The notes under the pieces are model-generated. The model made no database searches. It worked only from the letters and a program-made list of their open reading frames with translations, and had not been told where the DNA came from. A DNA stretch of 64,000 bases, from positions 320,001-384,000 of the forward strand of contig CAXXLF010000001.1 in assembly GCA_963664015.2 (NCBI GenBank). Reading direction: 5' to 3'. Of the stretch, positions 20,301-29,176 are shown piece after piece. This DNA is from Candidatus Binatia bacterium. GTDB taxonomy: Bacteria; Desulfobacterota; Binatia; UBA9968; CAXXLF01. The position numbers were made by a program, and so were the translations under genes. Each line of letters starts with the position of its first letter. Position 1 is the first letter of the stretch.

Positions 20301-23300
20301 TGCAGGGTTAAGTTGTCAATGACGCCAGAGGTTGAGATCTCCAGTCGGTACGGCATCATTCCGCCGGCAACCGTGTTCTTTTGCTCCGCCGGGACTTTTG
20401 CTCGTATCGCTCGCTCCAACCGCGGTACGAAGCGAGCCTCGTGCCGTAAAGCAACTTCATCTTCCGCGTCTACTGTCCAAAGCTCTGCAAACAACGACTG
20501 AACCTCGTCCGGTGAACCATCGGGACTCAGGTCCACCATTTTGCAGCGGATGTTGGGATGCTCGTTTCCAATGACCGTTCCCAGTCCAATTAACGGAGAT
20601 TGGCCGACTGACACCGCTCCCTGTCTAAGAGGCTGTGCCCCTCTTGTCACCAGTATGAGATTCGATGATTTGTTCTCCCTATCCAACTTGCTCAACGCCT
20701 GAATAAAGTGCATTACAGAGTGGCATCCAAGAACCTCTCCAAGCCGCAATGAATCGATTGTGGTCTCTTCAGACGGCGGGGCATCCAGGCTCCAAAGGTG
20801 GATTACACCGTGCCAGGGAAGCTGATTCGATGAAAACAGTGCTTGAAGCAATCGCTCCATGTCTTCAGGGTTGTTCGGTGATATCTGGAAGTTCTTTTCA
20901 TTGATACGTTGGAATCGATCACCGGTGGCAACCAGGATACATGACTCACCACGCACCTCGAGGAGCTCCACCAAAGTTTGCGCCATGCCGCCCTTATCAG
21001 CAAAGATTAACCAACTCCCCCTCTCCCCATTGGTGAGTTCAGAAGCCGTTTGGTTCTCCATGTGGTACCTATCTTCCTCGATCAAAGGACCACGGGTTAA
21101 CATGACAATCTGATCATCGGGATAAACAGACATATCCGCGACGTCTGAGAATCCAACCTCTTCGAGAACATCCTTCCATTGCACTCTGTCAATCAACGGG
21201 TAATCCCGCCGTAGGTCGAAGTCCGTAAACCTCCACCACCCTTCCATCAGCCCGAACACCAAATCAATCCAGGACCGTTCTTTTTCGGTCTCTAAAAAGA
21301 TCAGCAAGCCTTCGGACGAGATGAGCTTTTGAATGTTTCCCAGAGAGTCACGCAGGTTACTTGTCGCGTGCATTACATCGGAGGCCAGGATGATGTCGAA
21401 GGAATGCGGCTCAAACCCTTGCTGTAGCGGATCCCTTTCAATGTCCAGTGATTGGTATGATACGAAGGGATAATCGCGAAATACCTGCTCCGCTTTAGAA
21501 AGGAAGAGGCTCGATATATCTGAAAAGACGTATTTCGTACGATCCTCCGGTAGCCTCGGCAGCACATACTTCGTCATGCCACCTGTCCCTCCGCCTATTT
21601 CCAGGATTCGTACAGTTCGTGTTTCAGGCAAACCACCTAAGGCCGTAGTGACGGCCTTCTGGATCATTGTGTTACAGAGGCGAAATTGGGGCGAGTCCTG
21701 ATAGAAGTGTTCGGCTAATGCATTGGACCCTTCTGGAAAAATAAGCTGCAAAGGATCCACGTCGCCTCGCAGTATGTCCGCCAGTTGCGATCCGATCCTA
21801 CCCATCAGATCCAGAGTTGTAACAAAAGCGGGATATTGAAATAACGTGTGTTGCCAGATTATCTGTGGGCCCTGCCCGGGGGGCTTTTGATAGATCACCC
21901 ATTCATCAATTCCTGATTTTTTGAGGTAGCCCGCCTTCTCCAGCATCCGAATATACCGCCCCATGACCCGGTAATGCCGCGGCACCAGCTGCTCCATCAG
22001 TGAGGCGAGTGTGATACGGTCCCCCAGATTGAATTGCCAGCCAAGATCGCGAAGAGCCTGCAAAACGTATGCGGCGGACAGGACATCCAATTGCTCGTAC
22101 AACCCGGAATATTTTTTCACCCAACCTAGCTCATTGACTAAACTATCTACTTCGCTTGTTACGGAGTTAGCAATCTCGCGAGAAGGCGGAATATAGTTAG
22201 CCGAATGAATAGGCCTCTTCTGGTCCGGACGTGGCTTGTGATGCCATTTAACCTCATAAAACCATTTCTCCATGTCATCCAAATCACCCCCACGGATCCC
22301 TTGCACGGCCTGACATCGAAACCCTTCAATTTCCATCAACAAGACGCCGTCAGGGTCGTATATGCGAATGTCGCCTTCTAACGATTTAGCGCTCATATCT
22401 TTAAGATGGACATGACTCCACACCTGGCGCCCCGGACTGCCATAAAAACCCGCTCGCTCAATCTGAACGGGCAGGTATAGACTTTTGCAATCTTCCGGGA
22501 GCGTCCCGGACAACACCTGAAAACAGGAGTCCAGGAATGCCGGATGGAAGCAGTAATGATCGCTTTTCTCCTCTAAGTGATCGTTGAGTCGTACCAGTCC
22601 CAGTGCCTCTCCATCTTTTCTCCAGATTCTCTCGATTCCCTGGAATGATGGGCCGAACTGAAGGCCCATTTCGGCAACTCTGCGATAGCACTCCTCTGAT
22701 GAAATCTCTTCAGGCAAATCGTGCTTTATCGCACCTAGATCGGCTTTCTGATACGGACGTGGATCCTGCTCCTTACGCAAGTACCCATTGGTATGCAGCA
22801 TCCAGGATTGATCGGATCTGGACGCCCTGCTATGGATGGCGAAGGAACCATCATCCGGGTAGCAAACCAATTGAACCGCCGGGGTTTCGCCCTCATCGGG
22901 CAAAAAGATGGCCTTTTGGAACTGGATTTCCTCCAAGACGCAAGCGCCTGCCCCGAAAATCTCCCGGGCACCTCCCAATGCCATCTCCACGAAGGCCGCA
23001 GCCGGAACGACTACGTGCCCTTGTACTTTATGGTCTTCAAGATAACGCAAAAGGCGCTTTTCAACCACGATATCCCACGTAGGATTCGCTGAACCTATGT
23101 TTCTCCCAAGCAAGGCATGCTTCTTCCTACCAAGACGTCGCTCCCTTTGATCTTCCGATTCATGCCAATAGTGTTGACGCTGCCATGGGTATCTGGGCAG
23201 ATACACGCGGCGGCCTCCACCGGACCAGAGCCTTTGCCAGTCTATTGCATGCCCCATGGTGTAGAGCTCTCCCAGAGACGACAGCATGACAGCCCTCTCT

Positions 23301-25879
23301 TCTTCATGCCGGCGAAGAGACGGGAGAACGGTCCCTTTTCGATCTTGCTGCAACAGACACTCCGTGATCGAACTGGATAAAACCGGGTGAGGACTCAATT
23401 CCAAAAAGGCATCGTAATCCCTTTCGATCAACCACCCCACCGCCTCCGCAAAACGTACTCTTTGCCTCACGTTTTGCCACCAGTAATCTCTATCGAAACA
23501 CCGGCCTTCCATGGGCTTCCCGGTTACCGTCGAAATAATCGGAAGGACGGGATGTCGCGGTTGAAGACCATCCAAAGACTCAAGCAAATTGCCCCTGATG
23601 GGTTCCATCTGAGCACTGTGGAATGCATAGTTTACCTGAAGAAACTTACAGAAGATTCCCTTTTGCTCCAATGACCAGGAAATCTGCTCAAGCGATTCGG
23701 GCTCTCCGGAAAGGGTAGCCGAAGATGGGCTGTTAATCGCCGCGAGCGAAACACGGCCCTGGTATCCCTGGATCTCCCGTTCTGCTTCCGACATTGTTAA
23801 TCCCACAGCCAGCATCCTGCCTTTTGAAGACGCAAGATCCATGCACCGGCCGCGATGAAAAATCACCCGGACAGCATCCTCTAGAGATAACGCACCGGCA
23901 ACATGGGCCGCCGCGGCTTCTCCCACACTGTGTCCAACGACGGCTTCGGGCTCAATTCCCCACGACTTCCAAAGTGCCGCCAGTGCCACTTGCAAGGAAA
24001 AGAGCGCCGGCTGTGCAATTGCCGTCTCCTGGAGGCGAGAGCAAGCCTCATCCGTAGTCAGTTCCTCCAAAATGGACCAGTCTGCGTACCTCCCAAGCAA
24101 TTTATCGCACTCTTCAATAGTTTTTCGAAAAAGAGGCTCCTCAGCCAGCAATTCCCTACCCATTCCCCACCATTGTGGACCTTGCCCAGAAAAGACAAAC
24201 GCGATTTTTGGCTTATGACTATGGCGACGCAGGCCATTAGACATGCCTGGTTTTTTTTCACCGGCCAGAAAGCCGTCGAGGCGATCCTCGAGTTCTTCCC
24301 TATTGTGTACGATCAAAGACAAACGATGGTCGAAATGGGTCCTCCCCACACCAGCCGTGTAGCAAATACCCGATATAGACGCCCGACTATCATCGCTGTC
24401 CCCTCGAAGAAAGCTCTGGTAGGACCGAGCCAGTGTCTGCAGGGCTTCGGGGATGCGTGCCGATAGAGGCATCAGCATTGCCCGACCTGAATCTTCCCTG
24501 GCAAGCTCGATGGGACCATCTGTCCCACCCCGATACTCCATCAAAAGCATATGTGCGTTTGTTCCACCAAAGCCGAATGAATTCACCCCGGCAATCGCCG
24601 GTCCGGAATCATCAGGCCACGGTTCCAGACAGAGTGGCACCCGCAATTGCAAATCTTCAAACGGAATTTTGGGATTCGGATTATGAAAATGCAGGTTCCG
24701 GGGAATCATTCGGTGCTTAAGCGACAAAGCAACCTTAATCACACCAGCAATACCCGCTGCGGCCTCTAAGTGTCCGATATTGGTTTTCACAGATCCGATT
24801 AAACTGTACCGTCCCCTGGGCCGACCGGACGATAGCACATTCCCCATAGCGGCTGCTTCAATCGGATCCCCAACGGCGGTACCCGTCCCGTGGGCCTCGA
24901 CGTAATGTACCGCACTCCCATCAATGCCGCCCTGGCGGCAAGCTTCCCTCAGTAACGCCTCCTGGGCAGATTGACTCGGTACCGTGATGCCGCTGGTCCG
25001 TCCATCCTGGTTGACCGCAGAACCCACAATGACGGCATAGACCGAATTCCCATCCGCAAGGGCTTTGGATAGAGGTTTGAGGACGATAATCCCAGCGCCC
25101 TCACCCCGCACAAAACCGTTGGCGCTGGCGTCGAATGCCTTGCACCGTCCGTCCGGAGAAAGCATGGACGCCGCAGAGAAGGCAACAAAAGGACCGGCAC
25201 CGATGATAATGTTTACTCCGCCGGCCAAGACAAGGTCGCACTCTCCATTCCAGAGGCTCCGGCAAGCAAGGTCGGCGGCTACAAGCGAGGAGGAACAGGC
25301 GGTATCTACTGCAATGCTTGGCCCCCGCAGGTTCAGGCAGTAGGAAATACGATTAGCGGCGATGCTGAATACCCCGCCTGTAGCGGTATGGGCATCCACA
25401 GGACTGTTGTCGTCAGAGCTTGACTGAATTTGAGCGTAATCAGAAGTCGATATCCCAATAAACACTCCCGCATTCATTCCCAGCTTCCGATCGATAACCT
25501 GTCCCGCATCCTCAAGCGCTTCCCAGGCAACTTCTAGGAGGAGCCTTTGTTGGGGATCCATATAGGATGCTTCACTCGGAGATATGCCAAAATGTTCAGG
25601 TTCAAATTGATCGATTCCTTTTATGAATCCGCCCCACCGTGAGTACGTCTTGCCCGGCGCCCCGGGTACCGGGTTATAGTACTTCTCCATGGCCCAACGA
25701 TCCTCGGGAATTTCAGTAACCGCATCCACCCCGGTCTTGAGAAGCTCCCAGAATGATTCAGGATCGTTTGCCTCTCCTGGAAAACGGCATCCGATCCCAA
25801 CAATAGCGAGCGGCTCCCTTTGACTTTTATCTATCAAAGTCTTCATCGACATTCCTTCTAACTCCAATCCCAGATCCAA
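17318..25879 (-). CDS. Single-module highly reducing type I polyketide synthase, KS-AT-DH-cMT-ER-KR-ACP-TE
   Basis: KS DTACSSS/HGTGT/NIGH, AT GHSVG/YAFH, DH HKVQGHVVVP, MT LEIGGGTGG, ER HSAAGGVG, KR GGLGGFG/LDD/NYVAAN, ACP GLDSL, TE GFSLG...GGHY. The true start may be 25852 or 25846. Confidence 0.95.
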   Translation of the reverse strand: MDLGLELEGMSMKTLIDKSQREPLAIVGIGCRFPGEANDPESFWELLKTGVDAVTEIPEDRWAMEKYYNPVPGAPGKTYSRWGGFIKGIDQFEPEHFGISPSEASYMDPQQRLLLEVAWEALEDAGQVIDRKLGMNAGVFIGISTSDYAQIQSSSDDNSPVDAHTATGGVFSIAANRISYCLNLRGPSIAVDTACSSSLVAADLACRSLWNGECDLVLAGGVNIIIGAGPFVAFSAASMLSPDGRCKAFDASANGFVRGEGAGIIVLKPLSKALADGNSVYAVIVGSAVNQDGRTSGITVPSQSAQEALLREACRQGGIDGSAVHYVEAHGTGTAVGDPIEAAAMGNVLSSGRPRGRYSLIGSVKTNIGHLEAAAGIAGVIKVALSLKHRMIPRNLHFHNPNPKIPFEDLQLRVPLCLEPWPDDSGPAIAGVNSFGFGGTNAHMLLMEYRGGTDGPIELAREDSGRAMLMPLSARIPEALQTLARSYQSFLRGDSDDSRASISGICYTAGVGRTHFDHRLSLIVHNREELEDRLDGFLAGEKKPGMSNGLRRHSHKPKIAFVFSGQGPQWWGMGRELLAEEPLFRKTIEECDKLLGRYADWSILEELTTDEACSRLQETAIAQPALFSLQVALAALWKSWGIEPEAVVGHSVGEAAAAHVAGALSLEDAVRVIFHRGRCMDLASSKGRMLAVGLTMSEAEREIQGYQGRVSLAAINSPSSATLSGEPESLEQISWSLEQKGIFCKFLQVNYAFHSAQMEPIRGNLLESLDGLQPRHPVLPIISTVTGKPMEGRCFDRDYWWQNVRQRVRFAEAVGWLIERDYDAFLELSPHPVLSSSITECLLQQDRKGTVLPSLRRHEEERAVMLSSLGELYTMGHAIDWQRLWSGGGRRVYLPRYPWQRQHYWHESEDQRERRLGRKKHALLGRNIGSANPTWDIVVEKRLLRYLEDHKVQGHVVVPAAAFVEMALGGAREIFGAGACVLEEIQFQKAIFLPDEGETPAVQLVCYPDDGSFAIHSRASRSDQSWMLHTNGYLRKEQDPRPYQKADLGAIKHDLPEEISSEECYRRVAEMGLQFGPSFQGIERIWRKDGEALGLVRLNDHLEEKSDHYCFHPAFLDSCFQVLSGTLPEDCKSLYLPVQIERAGFYGSPGRQVWSHVHLKDMSAKSLEGDIRIYDPDGVLLMEIEGFRCQAVQGIRGGDLDDMEKWFYEVKWHHKPRPDQKRPIHSANYIPPSREIANSVTSEVDSLVNELGWVKKYSGLYEQLDVLSAAYVLQALRDLGWQFNLGDRITLASLMEQLVPRHYRVMGRYIRMLEKAGYLKKSGIDEWVIYQKPPGQGPQIIWQHTLFQYPAFVTTLDLMGRIGSQLADILRGDVDPLQLIFPEGSNALAEHFYQDSPQFRLCNTMIQKAVTTALGGLPETRTVRILEIGGGTGGMTKYVLPRLPEDRTKYVFSDISSLFLSKAEQVFRDYPFVSYQSLDIERDPLQQGFEPHSFDIILASDVMHATSNLRDSLGNIQKLISSEGLLIFLETEKERSWIDLVFGLMEGWWRFTDFDLRRDYPLIDRVQWKDVLEEVGFSDVADMSVYPDDQIVMLTRGPLIEEDRYHMENQTASELTNGERGSWLIFADKGGMAQTLVELLEVRGESCILVATGDRFQRINEKNFQISPNNPEDMERLLQALFSSNQLPWHGVIHLWSLDAPPSEETTIDSLRLGEVLGCHSVMHFIQALSKLDRENKSSNLILVTRGAQPLRQGAVSVGQSPLIGLGTVIGNEHPNIRCKMVDLSPDGSPDEVQSLFAELWTVDAEDEVALRHEARFVPRLERAIRAKVPAEQKNTVAGGMMPYRLEISTSGVIDNLTLHETKRYQVDHGQVEIEVFAAALNFRDVMKALGLYPTDGDDYMMLGDECAGRVVALGEGVEDFKVGDEVIAIAPGSFGSYARTLAEFVVRKPEHLSFEEAVTFPIAFLTAYYSLHHLAQITAGERVLIHSAAGGVGLAALQIARQAGAEVFATAGSPEKRELLRFMGVQHVMDSRSLSFADEILEITGGRGVDVVLNSLAGKAIAKGVSCLAPYGRFLELGKRDIYQNSKLGLRAFRKNLSFFAIDLSRLLADKPLLIRSILTELYQQIEGKVLHPLPHRVYPASRIVDAFRYMAQAKHSGKIVISMQDEGVLVEPLGEDAIAFRPDASYLITGGLGGFGLAVAKWIVENGGQNVVLVGRHGAESEETKNALESLQSTGARIVVTKADVTSVEQVADILTQIDRTMPPLKGIFHAAMVLDDGVLIQLDQDRFRKVMAPKVEGAWNLHSQSLNKDLDFFVLFSSVVSLFGNPGQGNYVAANLFLDALAHHRRSLGLPAVSINWGHLTEVGYVSRHQDVSEHLTRRGILGFPPNQAMKALGRILKENPVQMGVMRLDWKKLAGLASKAQGSQRLSSLMGQNMEQQMGEEESGIREALMQAKPEERRELVQTYICEQVAGVLGTSVKLDFDQPLNELGLDSLMAVQLQHRVENDLALSLPAGKLMQGPASINRLSTVVLNELGGRDSIPADIPTVEISQGWRPQNGRSRECLVPLRTHGTRPPLFCIHPAGGQIDIYKNLIDLLPAEQPGYGVQSSHLFDPAEDRSMESKAIECAKVIREQQPNGPYCLFGFSLGGFLAMSIARVLELQGQDVALVGLVDCDVHWADPLFPRHIILQNRIADMYSFLSKELGILEIVPAEQLAKETTSLSKELLSSSGDGRVDAVIDWLTKQKYVRRDIPADLLKEQVSRIELHISLIENFKPEMIRAPIFIWWARDRSDGIKHSDKNWDMYTSGMVVEETIEGGHYAVMYPPRVNTIAEQLDKGLQAIHSSKVECLP

Positions 25880-25981
25880 TTAAAGACAGGTCAAACTGCT
25901 GATAATCCTGGGATTCACATTGACACCGTGACCCAATAACTCCTAAGAAGATACCTGAGGAGCTACTGGTTAATCTGGCTG

Positions 25982-26207
25982 TTTGGTTCATCTAGTTGAT
26001 TTAGTTCGTTTCGTTCTTTGAGTTTCTTGGGTTAATCGCGTTTGTTGCGTTCATTGCGTATTTTGAGTTATCGAGTCTATCCCGTCTTTCTTCCGCCAGA
26101 AGAGGGATCAGCATTTGGGTGAGGTTTGTCTAGTCCATCTGTTCAATCTCGCTCATATTGACCATCGACTTTTTACTATCGGCTATTGGCTACTCGCTCT
26201 TTACCAT
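25982..26207. repeat. Degenerate 9-mer tandem followed by TYRCYAT heptamer tandem
   Basis: tttggttca tctagttga tttagttcg tttcgttct ttgagtttc ttgggttaa tcgcgtttg ttgcgttca ttgcgtatt ttgagttat, then tgaccat cgacttt ttactat cggctat tggctac tcgctct ttaccat at 26159-26207. Confidence 0.8.
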
Positions 26208-26334
26208 TTGCGAGCTTGGCGTCGTTCTACTGTCGTCTCCCATGACCCTTAAAGCATGCTCAGGGTCATGGTGAGGTTATCGAACCATGAGGCTCAGACC
26301 CGAAGGGAGTTCACGACGAAGTCTTGGCGCGAGA
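26208..26334. mobile_element. Three nested miniature palindromic (REP/MITE-like) insertions
   Basis: Host ttggcgtc|ttggcgcga contains element 1 (GTC duplicated). Element 1 is split by 26232-26306, which contains 26245-26289 (CATG duplicated). Confidence 0.65.
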
Positions 26335-26402
26335 TACTTTAATCGGTAATCTGCGCTTTGCCTTTCATTTTTGGCTATTAACCAATAACGATTGACCAGT
26401 TT

Positions 26403-26813
26403 CTATTTAGCAATCACCAAGACCACCAGGGCAACTGCGTACTCCGCCGTATGGGACATTGAGACCATGGAGTGAACGACCCCTAATTTATTGGCCTTCC
26501 GGGCGGTCTCGCCTGAGAGATGCAGGATCGGTTTTCCCGATGGTTCCCGTCGGACTTCGACATCCTGCCAGTCCATCTCTCCGCTCATACCGGTTCCCAG
26601 GGCCTTGACACAGGCCTCCTTGGCGGCAAACCGGGCAGCGAAGTGCTGATAGGGAGCGAATTTTCGGTTTGAGTAACTGATCTCTTCTTCGCTAAAGAGG
26701 GTCTGCTCGATACCAGTCTGTTCTCTAAGGAGTTTCTCGATTCGTTGAACCTCCACCAGGTCGGTCCCAACTCGGGGGACGAGGGCCGGGGCGCGTTCGG
26801 TGGTCGTGGTCAT
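26403..26813 (-). CDS. acpS: Holo-ACP synthase (AcpS-type phosphopantetheinyl transferase)
   Basis: GTDLVEVQRI, FAARFAAKEA.VKALGTG, GKP and SMSH motifs. The upstream ORF extension is translated 9-mer repeat. Confidence 0.9.
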   Translation of the reverse strand: MTTTTERAPALVPRVGTDLVEVQRIEKLLREQTGIEQTLFSEEEISYSNRKFAPYQHFAARFAAKEACVKALGTGMSGEMDWQDVEVRREPSGKPILHLSGETARKANKLGVVHSMVSMSHTAEYAVALVVLVIAK

Positions 26814-27100
26814 TGGGTTCTCTGCGTTATTTGCGCTTATTGAGTTCGTTGAGTTTTTGAGTTTGTCGAGTTTCGCCGGCTTTCTGCGTTTTGGGTTTCT
26901 CAATTTCCTCAGATAACTTTCCCTCCTGCGGCCCGTTGTCTGTAGTTCCGTCGTCCGTCGGCGCTATGCTCTTTGCGTTTCACTATTGACCATTTACTAT
27001 TCGTTTCTTACTATTAATCAATAACCAATGACTATTAACTATTCTCTATTCGCCAATTGCCGACCTCTGACCTCTGCTCTCCGAGCTCCGGGATCTGCTA
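26814..27100. repeat. Composite array: 9-mers, 11 TYRCYAT-type heptamers, CYGACCT heptamers
   Basis: tcactat tgaccat ttactat tcgtttc ttactat taatcaa taaccaa tgactat taactat tctctat tcgccaa at 26980-27056, then ccgacct ctgacct ctgctct ccgagct at 27060-27087. Confidence 0.8.
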
Positions 27101-27113
27101 TTTGCTGTAGGCT

Positions 27114-28481
27114 CTACTTGAGGCCCCTGACCAGTAGCTGGTCTAGAAACTCTACGGCGAGGTCCATTTCCTCCGTGGTAATCTCGAAGGACGGTGAGAT
27201 GCTGATCACGTTCTTGAAGTAGCCACCGAGATTGAGCACGAGTCCGTAGTCCTTCCCGTTGATTTTGAGGTCGCCCTTTAACCCTTCCTGGACCATCTTT
27301 TGAGCCAGTGCCGGGTTGGGGGTATGTCCATCATCCTGGCACAGCTCCATCCTGAGGGCCAGACCAAGGCCATTCACATCACCAAGGATCCGGGGGTACT
27401 TGTTTTGAAGCTGTTTGAGCTGATCTAAGAAGTAGCGTCCTTTTTGGGTGACTTTCCCCCCATAGTCTTCTTCCTCCAGGAGCTTCAGCACCTCCAACGC
27501 CACAACCAGCCCCTGCGGATTGGGTGCGTAAGTCGAATAGGTCGCCCCCGGAGGAAATATATCAGGACTGATTATCTCCTCACTAGCCCAGACCCCTGAG
27601 AGCGGATTGAGACCGTTGGTCAAGGTCTTACCGAAGCAGATGATGTCGGGGCTAATACCCAAATGTTCGATCGCCCAGAACTTACCCGTCCGGAAGAATC
27701 CCATTTGAATTTCATCATCGACCAACAGGATTTTACGCTCCTCCAGCGTCTTTTTGAGAGCTACGAAGTACTCCTTCGGAGGGATAACGTAACCTCCCGT
27801 TCCCTGGATCGGCTCCATATAGAGGGCCCCAAATTCACATTCCTGAGCTTTGGCATCCCAGAACGAATAGTATTCGGTGTCGAATAGTTTCGCGAACTGA
27901 CCGTGGCAGTAGAGGCTGCAATCCTCCGGTTTCTTATCATAGAAGCAACGAAAGCAATAAGGGTACGGGATAAAATGCCCCCGGTCCCCAAAGTGACCGT
28001 AGCGCCTCCGATACCGATAACTCGAGGTTACGGATGAGGGGCCCAGGGTGCGCCCATGGTACCCCCCCATGAAGGCAAAGCCCGCATTCTTATGGGTAAA
28101 GTTTCGGACCAGTTTGATCGCATCGTCTATGGCCCCGGCACCCCCGACACTGAACAGCACCCTTCCCTTCTTATTGAATATCTTTTCACACATCTGGGAG
28201 ATTCGGGCAGAGACCTCGATCCGTTCGGAATACAGATAGTGGCTCCCCAATTGGGGAAGTGAATCAAGTTTGTCCTTGATGGCCTTGATCAACCGCTTAT
28301 TGCCGTAACCGAAACTCGCTGAGGCTGAAGCCATCTGCAGATCAAGGTATGAGACGCCATTGTTATCGTACAGGAAGCTACCTTCAGATTGTTTAAATAT
28401 CTTCGGCATCTCGGCGGAGTGAACAGCATCACCCCAACAACAGTAATCCGCCTCTAGCTTGCGTAGATCGCTTTCCATCAT
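27114..28481 (-). CDS. Class III PLP-dependent aminotransferase
   Basis: GGYHGRT, EPIQGTGG, DEIQMGFFRTG and PDIICFGK motifs. Confidence 0.9.
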   Translation of the reverse strand: MMESDLRKLEADYCCWGDAVHSAEMPKIFKQSEGSFLYDNNGVSYLDLQMASASASFGYGNKRLIKAIKDKLDSLPQLGSHYLYSERIEVSARISQMCEKIFNKKGRVLFSVGGAGAIDDAIKLVRNFTHKNAGFAFMGGYHGRTLGPSSVTSSYRYRRRYGHFGDRGHFIPYPYCFRCFYDKKPEDCSLYCHGQFAKLFDTEYYSFWDAKAQECEFGALYMEPIQGTGGYVIPPKEYFVALKKTLEERKILLVDDEIQMGFFRTGKFWAIEHLGISPDIICFGKTLTNGLNPLSGVWASEEIISPDIFPPGATYSTYAPNPQGLVVALEVLKLLEEEDYGGKVTQKGRYFLDQLKQLQNKYPRILGDVNGLGLALRMELCQDDGHTPNPALAQKMVQEGLKGDLKINGKDYGLVLNLGGYFKNVISISPSFEITTEEMDLAVEFLDQLLVRGLK

Positions 28482-28492
28482 GATGGGTTCAC

Positions 28493-29176
28493 CTATGCTT
28501 TCTCCTTAAAGGTATTGACTATCCGGAGCACGTCGCTGAAATCTCTGAACTGATGGTAGGGTATTCCCTCGTCTTCGCAGTATTCCCGGAGCCCGTCCTT
28601 CGCAATCACCACGTCCGCGTATCTGGCGAGGAGTTGGTCCGAGCGGCCGTCCCCGACGATTACAGTTCTGTCCGCGGAGCCTGTGAGACGCCGGAACAAC
28701 TCCGGCTTGCAGGTCGCACACCCATGGGCGCATCCTTGCGGGAAATAGGGGAATGAGACCTCGAACCGATTCGCCCTCAACTCCAGGCTGCAGGAATAAA
28801 CCGGGATACTCGCGCGCGATCCCTGACCCGCCCCCAGCGCACGACCGAGGATTCGATGAATCCAGTAATCGAATCCGTCGCTAAGGATATAGAGGGAATC
28901 GCCGCCCAGAGCGCAATAGCGCGCGAACCCGACGAAATACGGGTCGACCTCCACGGCGTCTATAAAATCATCCAGAGCCGCCTGGGATACCTCGACCAGG
29001 GGCATCTGATCTTGCAAGACCTTTCTCGCGGTTAACCGCCCCGTTAGCCAATCTTCTTGAATCCGAATCCACAAGGGATCGGCGAACCTTTCGAGCAAGG
29101 TGTCAGTAACGTTGCAGCGCGTTATAGTCTCGTCAAAGTCACAGAATACCCTTATTCCCAATTGAACTCCCGTCAT
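28493..29176 (-). CDS. MtnX-like HAD-IB phosphatase
   Basis: DFDETIT, LSDG, C..GC..CK and VGDGRSD motifs. Confidence 0.85.
   Translation of the reverse strand: MTGVQLGIRVFCDFDETITRCNVTDTLLERFADPLWIRIQEDWLTGRLTARKVLQDQMPLVEVSQAALDDFIDAVEVDPYFVGFARYCALGGDSLYILSDGFDYWIHRILGRALGAGQGSRASIPVYSCSLELRANRFEVSFPYFPQGCAHGCATCKPELFRRLTGSADRTVIVGDGRSDQLLARYADVVIAKDGLREYCEDEGIPYHQFRDFSDVLRIVNTFKEKA

Noticed and set aside
26814-26903. N-terminal extension of AcpS (and similarly 33877-34005 of the ArnT-like gene)
   Set aside because: These are chance open translations of 9-mer repeat DNA. Family similarity begins downstream.
28493-29176. Methionine salvage gene mtnX
   Set aside because: No other mtn genes are nearby and the context points to a biosynthetic phosphatase, so no symbol was assigned.
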